Assembly (NCBI RefSeq): GCF_039654945.1
Contig: NW_027361767.1
Span: 868,001-932,000, forward strand
Reading direction: 5' to 3'
From: Dendrobates tinctorius
Taxonomy: Eukaryota
DNA length: 64,000 nucleotides
Both the position numbers and the translations under genes were made by a program. The notes under the pieces are model-generated. The model had not been told where the DNA came from, ran no database searches, and saw only the letters and a list, made by a program, of their open reading frames with translations. Shown in pieces: positions 12,501 to 24,497 of the stretch (position 1 is its first letter; each line of letters opens with the position of its first letter).

Positions 12501-14970
12501 CAGGGTGCGGTGCTTGGCCAGTGGAGTGAAGTTGTACCAGTTGGAAACTGGAAATGCTTCGAACGCTCCATCTGGACACTGGGTGAAGATGAAGTAGGAC
12601 GCGTTCTCCGTCACGCCGCCCTTCTTCACACCTTTGAACCTGTTACAGAAGACATATAGATATAAACATGGCTCCCACCTTCAGGCGCCAGTCCCGGGTC
12701 TGGTTCATGCCACTCACTTGCGCCCGGCTTTGCCGTTAACCCTTAGCAGCCAGGGTTGGTCTTCTATCTTGAACTCCTTCAGAATGATGCCGTACTTCCT
12801 CCGCCGGGACTCCTCTTTCTGCTTGCGATTGTATTCGCTCCCCGCACCGGAGTCCGGCATCTCCTCTTCCTGATACATCTTCTTGGCGCTTAGGTCACGC
12901 TCCATACGAGCCTGGCAGAAAAGAATCCATTACAATCAGTGGGATGCCCCCCATGTTGGCCCTACAGGCTGGCACCACTGCCGGAAGTACTGCTGAGAAA
13001 ATGATTCCCCGCCATATTGTACAAATCAGATAGGGTCTGAACAGCTGCCGCTTAGAGAAGTACCCGATAAATCAGATCCTACAGTAAACCATAAGTCACA
13101 CACGTGTACCATCTTTACATAATCATTGTACATGATGGCTGTGTGCCCTTCTCACCCACTGGTGGGTGGCCCCCAGAGTCGTGCCCATACTATTTCGACA
13201 GAACCAGAGTCTGGGGGCTGTCCACTGTGTCTGGAATCCAGCTGAAAAGGAAGCTTTGAAAGAGCTGTCCTGTCTTCTAAACATCCCACAGAAAACATGG
13301 ATGAGCTCTGGCTGCCATCATTGTCATTGGCAGCTAAAAAGAGAGGACTCTCCGCAAGACGCTTCTCCCAAGGCCCGTTTCAGTTGGATGCCAGATATCA
13401 TAAGCAATCCTGAGACTTCAGGACTCTCCGCTTCTCCCAATGTCCATTTCAGATGGATGCCAGACATAGTAAGCAATCCTGAGACTGTGGTCCTGAATTC
13501 TGCACGGTGAGCGATCGTTACATGATGGGGTTTCTTAACCCTTAACCTGCACGTACTATTAGAGATGCTGCAGGGTTTGTGACCCAGACATCATCCCTAT
13601 CCAGCTAAGGGTCTAAGGGTGTGGAAAATGTGGGCGCCCATCAGACTGGTTAAGAATAGAGTTGAGCAATTTTTTCAAAATTCGATTACAATTGGCGGAG
13701 AATATTGTTTTTGCAATGTCAAACGTCATTGGAGCCAACGGGAGTAGAAATGATTAAATATGTTCGGAACCGGTCATCAAACAAATTCGGCACAAATAGG
13801 GTACCAATATGGCACGAATATGGGAAATTCAGATTCGGCGACAGATTCTGAACATATTCACTCATCTAGTTAAGAAGCGGTATTACATTTTCTTTAGTAC
13901 CTGGTTCCATGTAGAGAAATCCACTTTATCTGCAGCATTAAATCCCATAAGATTATATCTTTTACTGGGGTTCCTGCAGCAGAAAACAAAAAATATCAGA
14001 TTATATATAATAAATATATTGATAGACTAGATCTGTATATCGCACAGCGAGGAGGCGCCCAGGAGACCGGCTGCCGTCTGCGCTCACCGCATCTCAGCCA
14101 CATCCACTTCATTATATCACAAAAAACGGCTTTCAAGACACTGCTAGGGGAATGTTCACACTGCCTCTTTTTTTCGGCAGAAGACTCTCCAGGAATCGCT
14201 CTTTTTCTCTGGAGTTTTGTAAATGTGACAAATCATTTAAATTTTTTTAACTTTTTTTAGTCAATTCTTGAGGGTTTTTTCTGCCATCTTTTTACAGTCG
14301 TTTTCTCAAAGGCTTTTTTTCTTTTTAAATTTCATTAAACAAGGAAGAAAACACTAGCTTTTATTACAAGGCAAAAACATTTACAAAGACTCAAAGACGC
14401 CTGGCAGTCTTTCTGGTGTCTCACCAATTGTCAGAATGACGTGGCCAGGATAGTTGGATGTCCCATTATGACTAACTGGATCCAAGAAAAGCCCAAGATC
14501 ACTGCGTTTTGTTCTTTTCAGCACTGCTGCCATATAATATCTTTTCACCCATGGTTTAAATGGGAAAATTCAAAAATATTACAGCAAAAATGCATCTAAT
14601 GCTGTGACCTGGGGCAGATTGCAGCTGGCATCATATATGTTACCTGCGCCGTACAGACCCATCCGGGGCAATTATATTACTACAATGCTGCTGCCACCTA
14701 GTGGAGAAGGCGAGTGCTGCCAAGATTTAGATATATGGCAATTTTCAGGGATAATTTGTCAGAGGGGTCCTCACTGAGTATCAGAATGTTTATTACCCCA
14801 TAATTCTTCACTACTCACCTAGGAACACGAACGACATATTCAGTGACAGACTGGCCACCGACAGACTGACTGCTGCCCCCCTGTAAATAGAACATGAAGC
14901 AAGAGGTCACCACATAGAAAATAAATCAATGCATCCTCAACACCAAGCGGGCACTTACTAGAGACGCCAT
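9556..14970 (-). CDS. GTF2F1: General transcription factor IIF subunit 1 (RAP74), 524 aa
   Basis: Coding exons, all GT-AG and phase-consistent: 14970-14959 (MASL), 14880-14819, 13973-13901, 12911-12718, 12639-12469, 12268-12066, 11463-11319, 11238-11180, 10926-10816, 10612-10539, 10449-10308, 10223-10100, 9760-9556; total 1575 nt. Motifs: VTEYVVRVP, MERDLSAKKMYQEEEMPDSGAGSEY, acidic middle region, and the C-terminal winged helix LTEEAVRRYLTRKPMTTKDLLKKF..HFYLKE. Confidence 0.97.
11629..11830 (-). mobile_element. L2-type 3' fragment in a GTF2F1 intron
   Basis: (TAA)n tail followed by tttatttctatagcgctgacatattccgcagcac and gagggccctgctcgcaagcttacagtct, typical of the L2 3' ends seen elsewhere in this window. 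Confidence 0.7.
13657..13868. mobile_element. hAT-type MITE with perfect 8-bp TSD
   Basis: GTTAAGAA-TAGAGTTGAGC ... CTCATCTA-GTTAAGAA; about 30 bp from a GTF2F1 donor site. Confidence 0.85.
14691..14704 (-). promoter_or_regulatory. CTCF-like motif
   Basis: CCACTAGGTGGCAG on the minus strand matches the CTCF core consensus. Confidence 0.5.
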
Positions 14971-15911
14971 GGCCGGAGGAGGGCGAGAGGAATACCTGAA
15001 AGACAGTTCTGAACAGTGAATTACATGGAGAGGGACAGTGATCACACAGACAAGGTAAATGGCGGCTGATGACCTGATATTTATATGGGGGAGAGGGGTC
15101 AGTCAGACAGAAATTCTCATGCCCCAAGAGATAAGCGGCTGCATAAGCAGAGACATGAAGACAAAGACCAGCGATGGCCTTAATAATAAGCCAGTCACAT
15201 GGACGCATCCCCATCTTATACCCTGATGGCTACCATATGCCAGCATCTCAGGATCAAGTTCCATCCTCTGGGATCCCCTCAAGGTCACTGCTGAAGAACA
15301 ATGACAAGTGCCACAGACCACGCAGCTGTGGGCCCTCACTAGCCAGGCTTCAACTTGCAACATACGCCCTATGCACTGCATATATGGAGCGGGGTCAAGG
15401 ACTGAGCCAGCTCAGTACCAGTGCAGGCGCCGGCTGCGTTATACAGCAAGCATCAGAGTCTACTGTAAAAGGAGCGGTTTAACCTCTAAGACACTGCTAT
15501 CAATTGTAACAGTGGCATTTAAGAGGTTGGAAATGGGGAGAGGGGTCACTTCTGACCCCCATGTGCCCCCCAACCACACACACCTGCTAAGTTTGTGCTG
15601 ATCTCCTGTATAAATGAGTAATTTTACTATACACTATAATATTCTTTTAGGGAACACATTAAAAAGTGTGAAAAAAAAAATTACAATTAAAAAAAAATAT
15701 ATATTACAAAAAAATAAGGTCACATCACCCCCATTATCCCAGAATGTACTTAACGAATTAACACAATTGGTATCAACACAGGGAAAAACACGGAATGGCA
15801 GAATCACAGTTTGTAAACAGAAAGATTGGAAATAAAGTTGTATGAAACGAAGCCGTGAACGGCTGACACTGATACAGCCAAAAGGAGAAGGGGCCGACCG
15901 GGACTCGTCTC

Positions 15912-16116
15912 TAGACTTGGGCCAATTTGTTTGGATTTGGTTGCCGAATCTGAATTTGCCGTATTCGTGCCGAATGTACATTTGATGTTCGGTTCCGAAC
16001 ATATTCGGTAATGTCTACTCCCAATGACGTTCATCTGTGTTCGACCAATATTGCGAAAACAATATTCACTGCCGATCGTATTCAGGACCAAATCCGAACA
16101 AATTTGTTCAACTCTA
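15912..16116. mobile_element. hAT-type MITE (same family as 13657-13868)
   Basis: TSD CTCGTCTC/CTTGTCTC (1 mismatch); ends TAGACTTGG..CAACTCTA; palindromic interior. Confidence 0.7.
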
Positions 16117-16309
16117 CTTGTCTCCCATCGGCCCACATAAGCCCCAAGCACTGGGCGATGCTGCAGACCCCAACACTGGCTGTTCCTGACCTGAGAAGGG
16201 GACGCCGCGCTACCAGGGCTGCTGCCCGTGCACCCGCAGGATCAGGGGGTCCAGTCATAAAGCAATGGTGCCCTAACGATACACTGGGAATACAGGAGTA
16301 ATGAGAAGG

Positions 16310-17418
16310 TCTTACAAGGAGTGTATTGGGGGTCTCACAGGGCAGTTATTGAGGGTCTCACAAGGAGTGTATTGGGGGTCTCACAGGGCAGTTATTGAGA
16401 GTCTCACAGGGCAGTTATTGAGGGTCTCACAAGGAGTGTATTGCGGGTCCCACAGGGCAGTTATTGAGAGTCTCACAGGGCAGTTATTGAGGGTCTCACA
16501 GGGCAGTTATTGAGGGTCTCACAGGGCAGTTATTGAGGGTCTCACAAGGAGTGTATTGCGGGTCCCACAGGGCAGTTATTGAGAGTCTCACAGGGCAGTT
16601 ATTGAGGGTCTCACAGGGCAGTTATTGAGGGTCTCACAAGGAGTGTATTGCGGGTCCCACAGGGCAGTTATTGAGAGTCTCACAGGGCAGTTATTGAGGG
16701 TCTCACAGGGCAGTTATTGAGGGTCTCACAAGGAGTGTATTGGGGGTCTCACAGGGCAGTTATTGAGGGTCTCACAAGGAGTGTATTGAGGGTCCCACAG
16801 GGCAGTGATTGGGGGTCCCACAAGGAGTGTATTGAGGGTCCCACAGGGCAGTGATTGGGGGTCCCACAAGGAGTGTATTGAGGGTCCCACAGGGCAGTGA
16901 TTGGGGGTCCCACAAGGTGTATTGAGGGCCTCACAGGGCAGTGATTGGGGGTCCCACAAGGAGTGTATTGGGGGTCTCACAGGGCAGTGATTGGGGGGTC
17001 TCACAAGGAGTGTATTGAGGGTCTCACAGGGCAGTTATTGAGGGTCTCACAAGGAGTGTATTGAGGGTCCCACAGGGCAGTGATTGGGGGTCCCACAAGG
17101 AGTGTATTGAGGGTCCCACAGGGCAGTGATTGGGGGTCTCACAAGGAGTGTATTGAGGGTCCCACAGGGCAGTGATTGGGGGTCCCACAAGGTGTATTGA
17201 GGGTCTCACAGGGCAGTGATTGGGGGTCCCACAAGGAGTGTATTGGGGGTCTCACAGGGCAGTGATTGGGGGTCTCACAGGGCAGTGATTGGGGGGTCTC
17301 ACAAGGAGTGTATTGAGGGTCTCACAGGGCAGTTATTGAGGGTCTCACAAGGAGTGTATTGAGGGTCCCACAGGGCAGTGATTGGGGGTCTCACAGGGCA
17401 GTGATTGGGGGTCTCACA
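16310..17418. repeat. 23-bp two-variant minisatellite in GTF2F1 intron 1
   Basis: Interspersed units ctcacagggcagttattgagggt and ctcacaaggagtgtattgagggt. Confidence 0.95.
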
Positions 17419-17654
17419 GAGGGAAGGTACATACATAGAACTGTGGAGGGGACATCTTACCAGAAGGATCTTGGGGGCAGGAGTATAATGTGGTCCTACA
17501 GGGAAGATTCTGGGTAAGGAGGAGCTGTGGGGAAATACATAGAAACATGAGAGATGAAGGGTCACACCCGGGGGGGTATAGACGGGCTGGTGGGCGTTCT
17601 GAGCGGGGCTCCGGGGGATGGTAGTTCATACACCGGGATTGCAGAGGAGGCACA

Positions 17655-17850
17655 GACACTTCCGTCAGGATTTCTCACCGGCTCACTGATGCTCTTCGTC
17701 TTCCGGTCCTCAGTCAACTACTTCCGGGTTACAAAAGCGGAACGCACCTGCTGTGGGGGCGGGCGTCACTCCGGCGCCATCTTTGTTTGGGGCAAGTACA
17801 TAGTGACTAGTGAGCGGCCATGTGTGTTCCCTCACGTAGCTCGGCAGCAG
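17655..17850 (-). promoter_or_regulatory. GTF2F1: GTF2F1 promoter and non-coding first exon (donor after 17679)
   Basis: CpG-rich; ETS motifs CCGGAAG(T) near 17700 and 17720; GC box near 17755; YY1-type AAAGATGGCG at about 17775-17784; donor CCG|gtgag. The ATG exon has an acceptor at 14996-14997, so an upstream exon is required. Confidence 0.65.
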
Positions 17851-18264
17851 CTCTGAACTCAGTGTATTACGATTTCCTATAAAGGTTCTGCTCATTGCCT
17901 TTATCACTTCAGGTTTGCCTGTTGCTAGTCAGCAGGCAGCTGTGGGTGCGTGTAGGTGTTCCAGTACTGAGACCCATAATAGGAAGGTTGTGAGTAGGGG
18001 ACCCCATCTGTCGGCCCCGATACAAGACCCTGACAGGGCCTAATTCAACCTGCGGATACTCCAGGCCCCACGTATGCACTGAAGATTGTGGCCCCCAATG
18101 TGTCAGCTTGTTGTCTCATACACAGCCCCCCGTACTGATAACACCGCAGGATGACAGGCTTTCCCTCATTGGAGCTGCCCACAACATGGCTACTCAGATG
18201 GGACCCCCAGAGTCACACCGAAATCTCACCGGCAGCCAGAACCCCATCCTGAAAGTTCCTGTTA

Positions 18265-18425
18265 GGCCGGGGTCACACATGAGAAACTCGGATGAGTCTT
18301 GCATCTTATTACTCGGGAGCGGAGCGTTCAGCTGCATGTATTTCTATACAGCCGCACGCTCCGCTCCCGAGTGCCGGGTATTAAGATGCGAGACTCATCC
18401 GAGTTTCTCACGTGTGACCCCGGCC
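18265..18425. mobile_element. PIF/Harbinger-type palindromic MITE with TTA TSD
   Basis: TTA-GGCCGGGGTCACAC ... GTGTGACCCCGGCC-TTA. Confidence 0.9.
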
Positions 18426-18504
18426 TTACCGTCTTTCTCTACATACTTCTATCCGTGTGGACATCATAGCGCCACCAGGAGGGGAAGGTGGAACCTAATC
18501 AGTT

Positions 18505-18510
18505 TTTATT
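18505..18510 (-). terminator. Probable YJU2B polyadenylation signal
   Basis: AATAAA on the minus strand about 590 nt after the stop codon. Confidence 0.45.
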
Positions 18511-19098
18511 GAACGTAGAGACAGGAAAAAAAAAATTCATTCTGTTAGTCCATGAACACGAGACCGCAGTCGGACATCATCCGACTTGCATTGTCTGTCC
18601 TGATCAGACACGTCTTGGATTTTATCTGTAGATCCCTCAGTCCAAAAGGGAAAAAATTGGCACATGTGAAGGGCCCCATAGAACATCATAAGAACGAGAA
18701 CTATGAGGAAACCACGGCCAGCACTCATCCAAGAAAACCAGCTGTGTGCACGAGGCCCAACAGGAATAAAAAAAAAAAAAACTCAGCTGCTAAGAAAGAT
18801 TCGGTCAGCAGCCATGACTGTTTCAAAGAACAACTTGCTCTGGGGTAGAAACTGGAAAATCATCTTTCATGATTCGCATCGAACAACATTAGAGTCAGAC
18901 ATGGCTACTAACAGTGAACAATAGACGGCATTTACTGGTTAGCCATAATAATATGGGCTACAGGTTAGGGTTGTTTTTGTGGTGTACGTATACAACACTG
19001 AGGAGACGCATACTGGATGACTGTACATTATATTTACACACACTATATACACATATAGCAGATTTATTACATGTAACCCCTCCTTGTTGCGCTCCCAG

Positions 19099-22000
19099 CT
19101 ACACCTCCACCTCTGATCCAGAGTCCGAATAGTCAGCGACCAAACAGGATGTAGTGGTGCCGGCTCTGGGGGCGCCGTTCTCCGCTGCAGGGGTGGAATT
19201 ATCATTAACAGTCCGTGCAACATTGTGCCCCTGGCCCCCGTTGCTGTGGACAGCTGGTGCCTCCTCCGCTGTCTGTCTCATGTCATCAGTCTGACTTCCA
19301 TCTTTCGACGTTCGCCTCACTACCCCGAGCGTTATGGCGGATGCCCCGCTGCTCAGTTGGGCTTTAGGTCGAATCATTAACTTTTTGATTGAGTTCTCCG
19401 ATGTCTGGAGCGTCTTGTCGCCTGCTGGGGAGAACCAAGAGCGACTGCTGATCTCCGAGCGCTTCTTCTGCTGCTTCTGGTCGTACGCTGTAATAGAAGA
19501 AGTGATAAATGGGGATAGGAGCAATGGCCTGGAAAAATCCAGGAGACAATCAATATGGTCGTCAAATGTCACCTGCAATGGGGTCACATTCCAACTGATC
19601 CAGAAAGACAAATTGTCCAGTCATACTATAGGACAGTGGATGGGTCATTGCCGGACTGATGAGATTACCTCTTAGGCCTCTGGCAAAGTAAGAACCACAG
19701 CTCTGTCCTAGCAGAGAAAAGGCACAACCCTCTGCTCTGCCAGTCTGTCTCCCTCCGGGGGAGACACAGACTACACCTTGGAGCAGTAAGTAGACCCTCT
19801 ATAGGTGTCATCCCCCCATGTTAAACTCTGCTCTCCTTTCCATTTCTTACACTCCAGGCTGCGATACTTGAGCAGAGCCGCAATCTTCTTATCCTCCTCA
19901 ACCTCCGGGAGAAGCTTCAGGTCCAGAGACGTCTTCTTCAGCAAGGCCTGATCCCGTTCCTCCTCCTCCTGGATCTGCTTCTTCTCCTCCTGGTATGAGA
20001 CAAGAGGCCAAATTACACAGAGCCCCACTGCCTGCGATGATATGCCGTGCTGGGCGACCGGCCCACTGACATGACTATGTGGTAAAGACATGTGCTGAGC
20101 CAGGGTGCCAGCCGTTATTGGTCAGCACCATGTCCCGCTGACTGGCCCCAGGACAGAACAGGGAGTAAGGAGCAGACCGTACCCACCTCTGCTGTCCCCA
20201 ATCCCACCCATGCAGTCCTGAGTGTACACAGCTGTAACTCACCCTAAACTTGCTGCGCAGGAGGCTGTTGAGGGCGAAGTCATCCCTCCATGCGCTCTGA
20301 GCCTCCTGCAGCTCCGACAGTGATGGTGCCGCCCTCTGGAGCTTCTCTTTATCCTTAACTCCGTGCTCGAGGCGATACATAGAATCCGTCTCCAGCTTCT
20401 GCTTTGCTTCATGTTCTGCAAATGACAGCGTGTAAGTACACCCCAACATCCGCCAGAACCCCACTCATTATCACCCAGCAGTTGTTGGAGCAAAGATACT
20501 GACCGGTTGTTAGGACTTGCTCATTCTCCGCCATGTCCCAGCGCTCCTCCTTCCTCTGCGCTCCGCTCACAATCACGTAGTCACATGACGCAGGGTCCGT
20601 CTGCATCTCAATGTAATTCACACACAAGTGACACTTCATCCTGAACCTAGGAGGGCAGGTAAAGGTAGTCACCGATTATTATCCATCACCACTCAATAAT
20701 ATTCATCAATAATTACCTTCCTCTGCGTTTTCTCACCTGCTGGTGCAAGTTCAATCCTCTACTGCCCCCCAAACTCAGTAGTGTAAGGTGGAGCGCATGA
20801 CTATTAGAGTGACCCCTCTATTGTGCCTATACAGCACAGACTATAGACCACCATAACAGAACAGCATATATTCTGTGAACTGGCAGCTCCGCCTGCCTTT
20901 ACCTGGCAGCACTCGCAATTCAATTCCATAATACATTAATTATTTCTACACTAGAGGGTCCATGCAGCTCAGTGGGTGAGGGGGGGGGGTGGGCGCACAA
21001 TCCTGGTATAATTAAGCTTATTACCTATATATGGGAGTTGTGTAATAATTGCCGACCTTCTTCTTCTCCGCGTTATAACGGACGCCTGAAATAGACAGAA
21101 ATAAACCATCAGGACTGAATTTACAAACTAAGGAAATCAGAAAAATAAATAAATTATGCGCCCAAGTAATTTCAAACAAGTAATGACTTTATGGGGTACA
21201 ATCCCCTATTGGTATATAAGCCGATCATAGATCTTCATATTTCTGCAGCATTACCACAGGAGAAACAGGTGTGAATATGCCCCATGGAGAAGGTGGACTT
21301 CTAGCCAATATTACAGAATGTAGTGGCCCATTTAAATGGAGGCCCTGACTGGCATCCCGCTGTGCTGGGTCACAGTCAGGATGGGGAGGAGGAGGCGTTA
21401 TATACTGGAGGACATTACAAGACAGAGATGGAGGCTCTTACCCATTCCTATATGATTCTTGCAGCCGTCGCACCAGATGTTATATGGCATCTCAAATCTG
21501 TGGAGAGAAGTTTGTGAATGGACATGAGATCATGTACAGAGTCCTCACCACAACAAGTGATGGCAGGAGACACCAGACATGGCTGATCAATAGGGAACCA
21601 CACTGAACTCAAGAACAAAAAGCCTCATCCGTGCATTTTCTCCTCACTGCACTAGTATGTGCAGTACCTGCCCGGACCCGTAGGGGTTGCTGGAGCCTCT
21701 TCATTCTAGTGGGGTCACAGCAGGGGGTCCCCATTGATCAGCAGGTAATGGCCATTATTTACTGTGGTGGGAGGCTTGCATTGATCACTAGTCTCTCACC
21801 TGATGATGAGGATGCCCTGTGACAGCTTCCTAGCCCGCTCCCGCAGAGGGTGGCTGTTCCTGTAGCGGTTGAGAGAGCCATGCTGAGGAAGAGAAGAACA
21901 GGTGTCACCTCAGATAATGCGACATTAGGAAGCCGCTAATGGAGGATATTGTCGGAAAGTTCTAGTAAACACAAGCACTTTTTCAATTTATTACTGATTA

Positions 22001-23023
22001 AAATTTGCAGTCGTTCTTGAGATATTAACCCTTTTGTTTATAGATCGTTGACGAAGAGACCGACCACTGTCGGTGTCTAGCTTGCAAGCACTGCACCGAG
22101 ATCAGGAGGTCACAGCTCACTCCAGCAATCCTGGGCATCTTCAAAGCAGCGCTTACAAGCTCAATAGAAAAGGGCTTGTATGCACTGCTCATTTTCTGCT
22201 GTCTCCCAGCGGTGGTCGGTCTCCAAGGCAACAAGCTGTAAATAAAAGGAGGAACATTTCAAGAACGGCTGAAAATTGTAATAAACAGCTAATTGCAAAA
22301 GTATTTACTGGAACTATTGGACAATCTGTATTCATGAAGATGGGGTATTAACCCTTTAAGCATTGGGTCTGGGGCAGGACGATGCCCTGGCGACACCCCG
22401 GCACAGCAGCCGCACTCACCTTGGCCGGGTCGAAGTCGGGAGGATAATACTTGTTGGTTCCTTTTCTCTCGCCCTATAGAAAAACAAAAAAAAACCATTT
22501 GTGATTATTATTACGTGCCATGAAGGGAGAGACCAGATCACCCTCCATCTGCTCCCAGTCTCTCAGTGTACACCTATGGCTTGTCTGAAGAACTACAAGT
22601 CCCAGCTATATCCAATGACCCATGGCCTGAACCCCTGTGCTTTGTGGCACTAAAAATCCCAGCAATCAGCGCCCAGATCCTCAGCTACAAACCCCAGAAC
22701 CTAATATCTGATGTCCAGGAGCCCACGCTTTACTGCAGAACTACAAGCCCCAGCAAGCTGCCATGTGTGCCGGTAGCAGAACAACTCCTCCCATCAGCTG
22801 TGGGACTACTATTCTCAGCAACTGCTAACAGCCTACGTCACTTATAGCACTACAAGTCCCAGGAATTACGGACTTTTTAATAACTGCGGTACTACAAGAC
22901 CCAGGAAGCCTTCCTGCTCTATGCACTGCTGCACGACAACACTCAACATCGCGGCTGACAGCTGTGGTGCAGCCATTCCTCACAGCTGGGACTTGTGGTT
23001 CCACATAAGCTGCCACTTACCAT
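19099..23023 (-). CDS. YJU2B: Probable splicing factor YJU2B (CCDC130), 366 aa
   Basis: Coding exons: 23023-23021 (ATG|gtaag), 22473-22420 (GERKGTNKYYPPDFDPAK), 21882-21800, 21497-21442 (FEMPYNIWCDGCKNHIGMG), 21085-21025, 20646-20504 (FRMKCHLCVNYIEMQTDP), 20415-20243, 19989-19851, 19487-19099 (..SCLVADYSDSGSEVEV*); total 1101 nt. Cwc16/Yju2 CxxC zinc motifs. Confidence 0.96.
22592..23000. promoter_or_regulatory. Cluster of about 8 ZNF143/THAP11-type ACTACAnnTCCCAG motifs in YJU2B intron 1
   Basis: Copies at 22592, 22649, 22684, 22740, 22805, 22849, 22891 and (reverse) 22985, with unrelated spacers. Confidence 0.6.
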
Positions 23024-23149
23024 GGTCGCGCAGTGTCACCCCGGACCCTCCTGAGCTGAGAGCTTTTAGCCGCTCCTTCCAGTCTATGTTGTGGTTATAA
23101 TGCGACAAATAAACGCTAGAGGAAATACTGAGATAATCTGTGTCCTCAC

Positions 23150-23480
23150 TCAGGAGCCGGATATGTGACTGCCCATAGCCGCGGTCTATGACAAAATGGC
23201 GGCGGCTTTGGAACGCAAAACACTAGAGCGGGAGACGCTTTCTGTACCACGTGGTGCCAGGTATAACGTCCGGGAAAGTCATGTGACCTAACGGTGGCTC
23301 TGAAGGGTCACAGTTCATTCTTCCTGTCGTTATGGTCTAATACGTTTCTTATACAGAGGAGAGGCGGGCTCTGCGGGATCTGACGCGCTGCTGCCCGCTG
23401 CCTTCTGGAAGAGTTTTCAGGCAGTTTGGACCGCATCTCGAGAGTCAGTTTTACTTCTGACCACTAGAGGGCGCTGCCAT
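23150..23480. promoter_or_regulatory. YJU2B CpG-rich promoter
   Basis: YY1 motif AAAATGGCGGC (23193-23203), E-box CACGTG (23248-23253), CTCF-like CCACTAGAGGGCGC (23461-23474). Confidence 0.6.
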
Positions 23481-24497
23481 AACATTTACTCTGTAAATGA
23501 AGGGGGAGGTGTGCAAGGATGGAGGTCAGGTGAGTATTCCCACCCTGATAGTAGTAGTACTGATATAATCTGTGATCTCCGTACAGATACGAGGAATAGG
23601 CTTTTCTGCACAATCTACTCAGGGTTATGGACAATCCTTTTAATTGGCGTCAGACCGAGGCTCCATAGCTGGAAAAGCGACCTCCGGGTCAGCGCCAGAA
23701 CACAGGAATCCGGAGAGTCTGAACCGCCATCATGTGACCCAGAAGATGGCGAGAGCGGAGGGAGTTATGGCAGCGGCACGATCATAACACTCACACAGGT
23801 TTAGGGAAGGAGGAGGAGCAGCGCCTCTAAGGAGGAGATCCATCAGCATGGCCGGTGTGTTTGTTGCTATTTGTAGGTACAAGGATCTGCTGGTAATGGG
23901 AGCATCCCCTCCTCTAATGTGGCCCTGGAGCCACCACGACGTCTCCGGCTGGTGCGACATCCCTCGTGACCCCCTGGAGTAAGGTGGATCCGGCTTTGCC
24001 TCCATTTCCGTTGCCACGTTGGCCAGTGCGGTTCCTACGGCCAAGTCTACACCATGGGTCAATGGCTGCAGCCTCTCACTAGGACTGTCGGGACCACTGG
24101 CCACGCTCCAGGGCGGGTGGGCTGCCGCTCTTGGACCTTGCGCCCTTCTTCTGTACAAGGTGACGTCTTGAGCTCCACACGATCGTGGGCGCTCAGCCAT
24201 CCAGGTGTTCTCAGTGTCTTCTCTCTCGATGATGATAAAAAGGATGCGCCCCTTCCTCTCATTGCGGTGGATCTGCATGACACATCTGCACAAGACTCAA
24301 ATCTCCAACTCCAGGACCTCCGCAGCATTAGGTTTTTACTCCCCTCAATTCTTCCTTGGGATAAGGGGCACCTACTCCAGAGCAGAGTCTCCCTCTGTCC
24401 CTACAAGGACTCATTCACCTTCTCTTTCTTCCAAGTCACTCTCATCGTCTCGGCTTCTGCTCCTGTTCTGGTCTCCGATCAAGTCTGAGGATACGAC

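Noticed and set aside
17771-17785. AAGATGGCG as the GTF2F1 start codon
   Set aside because: Reads ATG GCG CCG GAG TGA. The true MASL start is at 14970, and this site is better explained as a YY1 motif.
19099-19611. ORF-track starts that extend exons of YJU2B, GTF2F1 and SURF4-like into introns
   Set aside because: The N-terminal extensions are intronic; splice sites define shorter exons that join in frame.
22592-23000. Repeat-spacer-repeat pattern resembling a CRISPR array
   Set aside because: Vertebrate intron; the repeats are degenerate 15-mers at irregular spacing and in both orientations; no cas genes.
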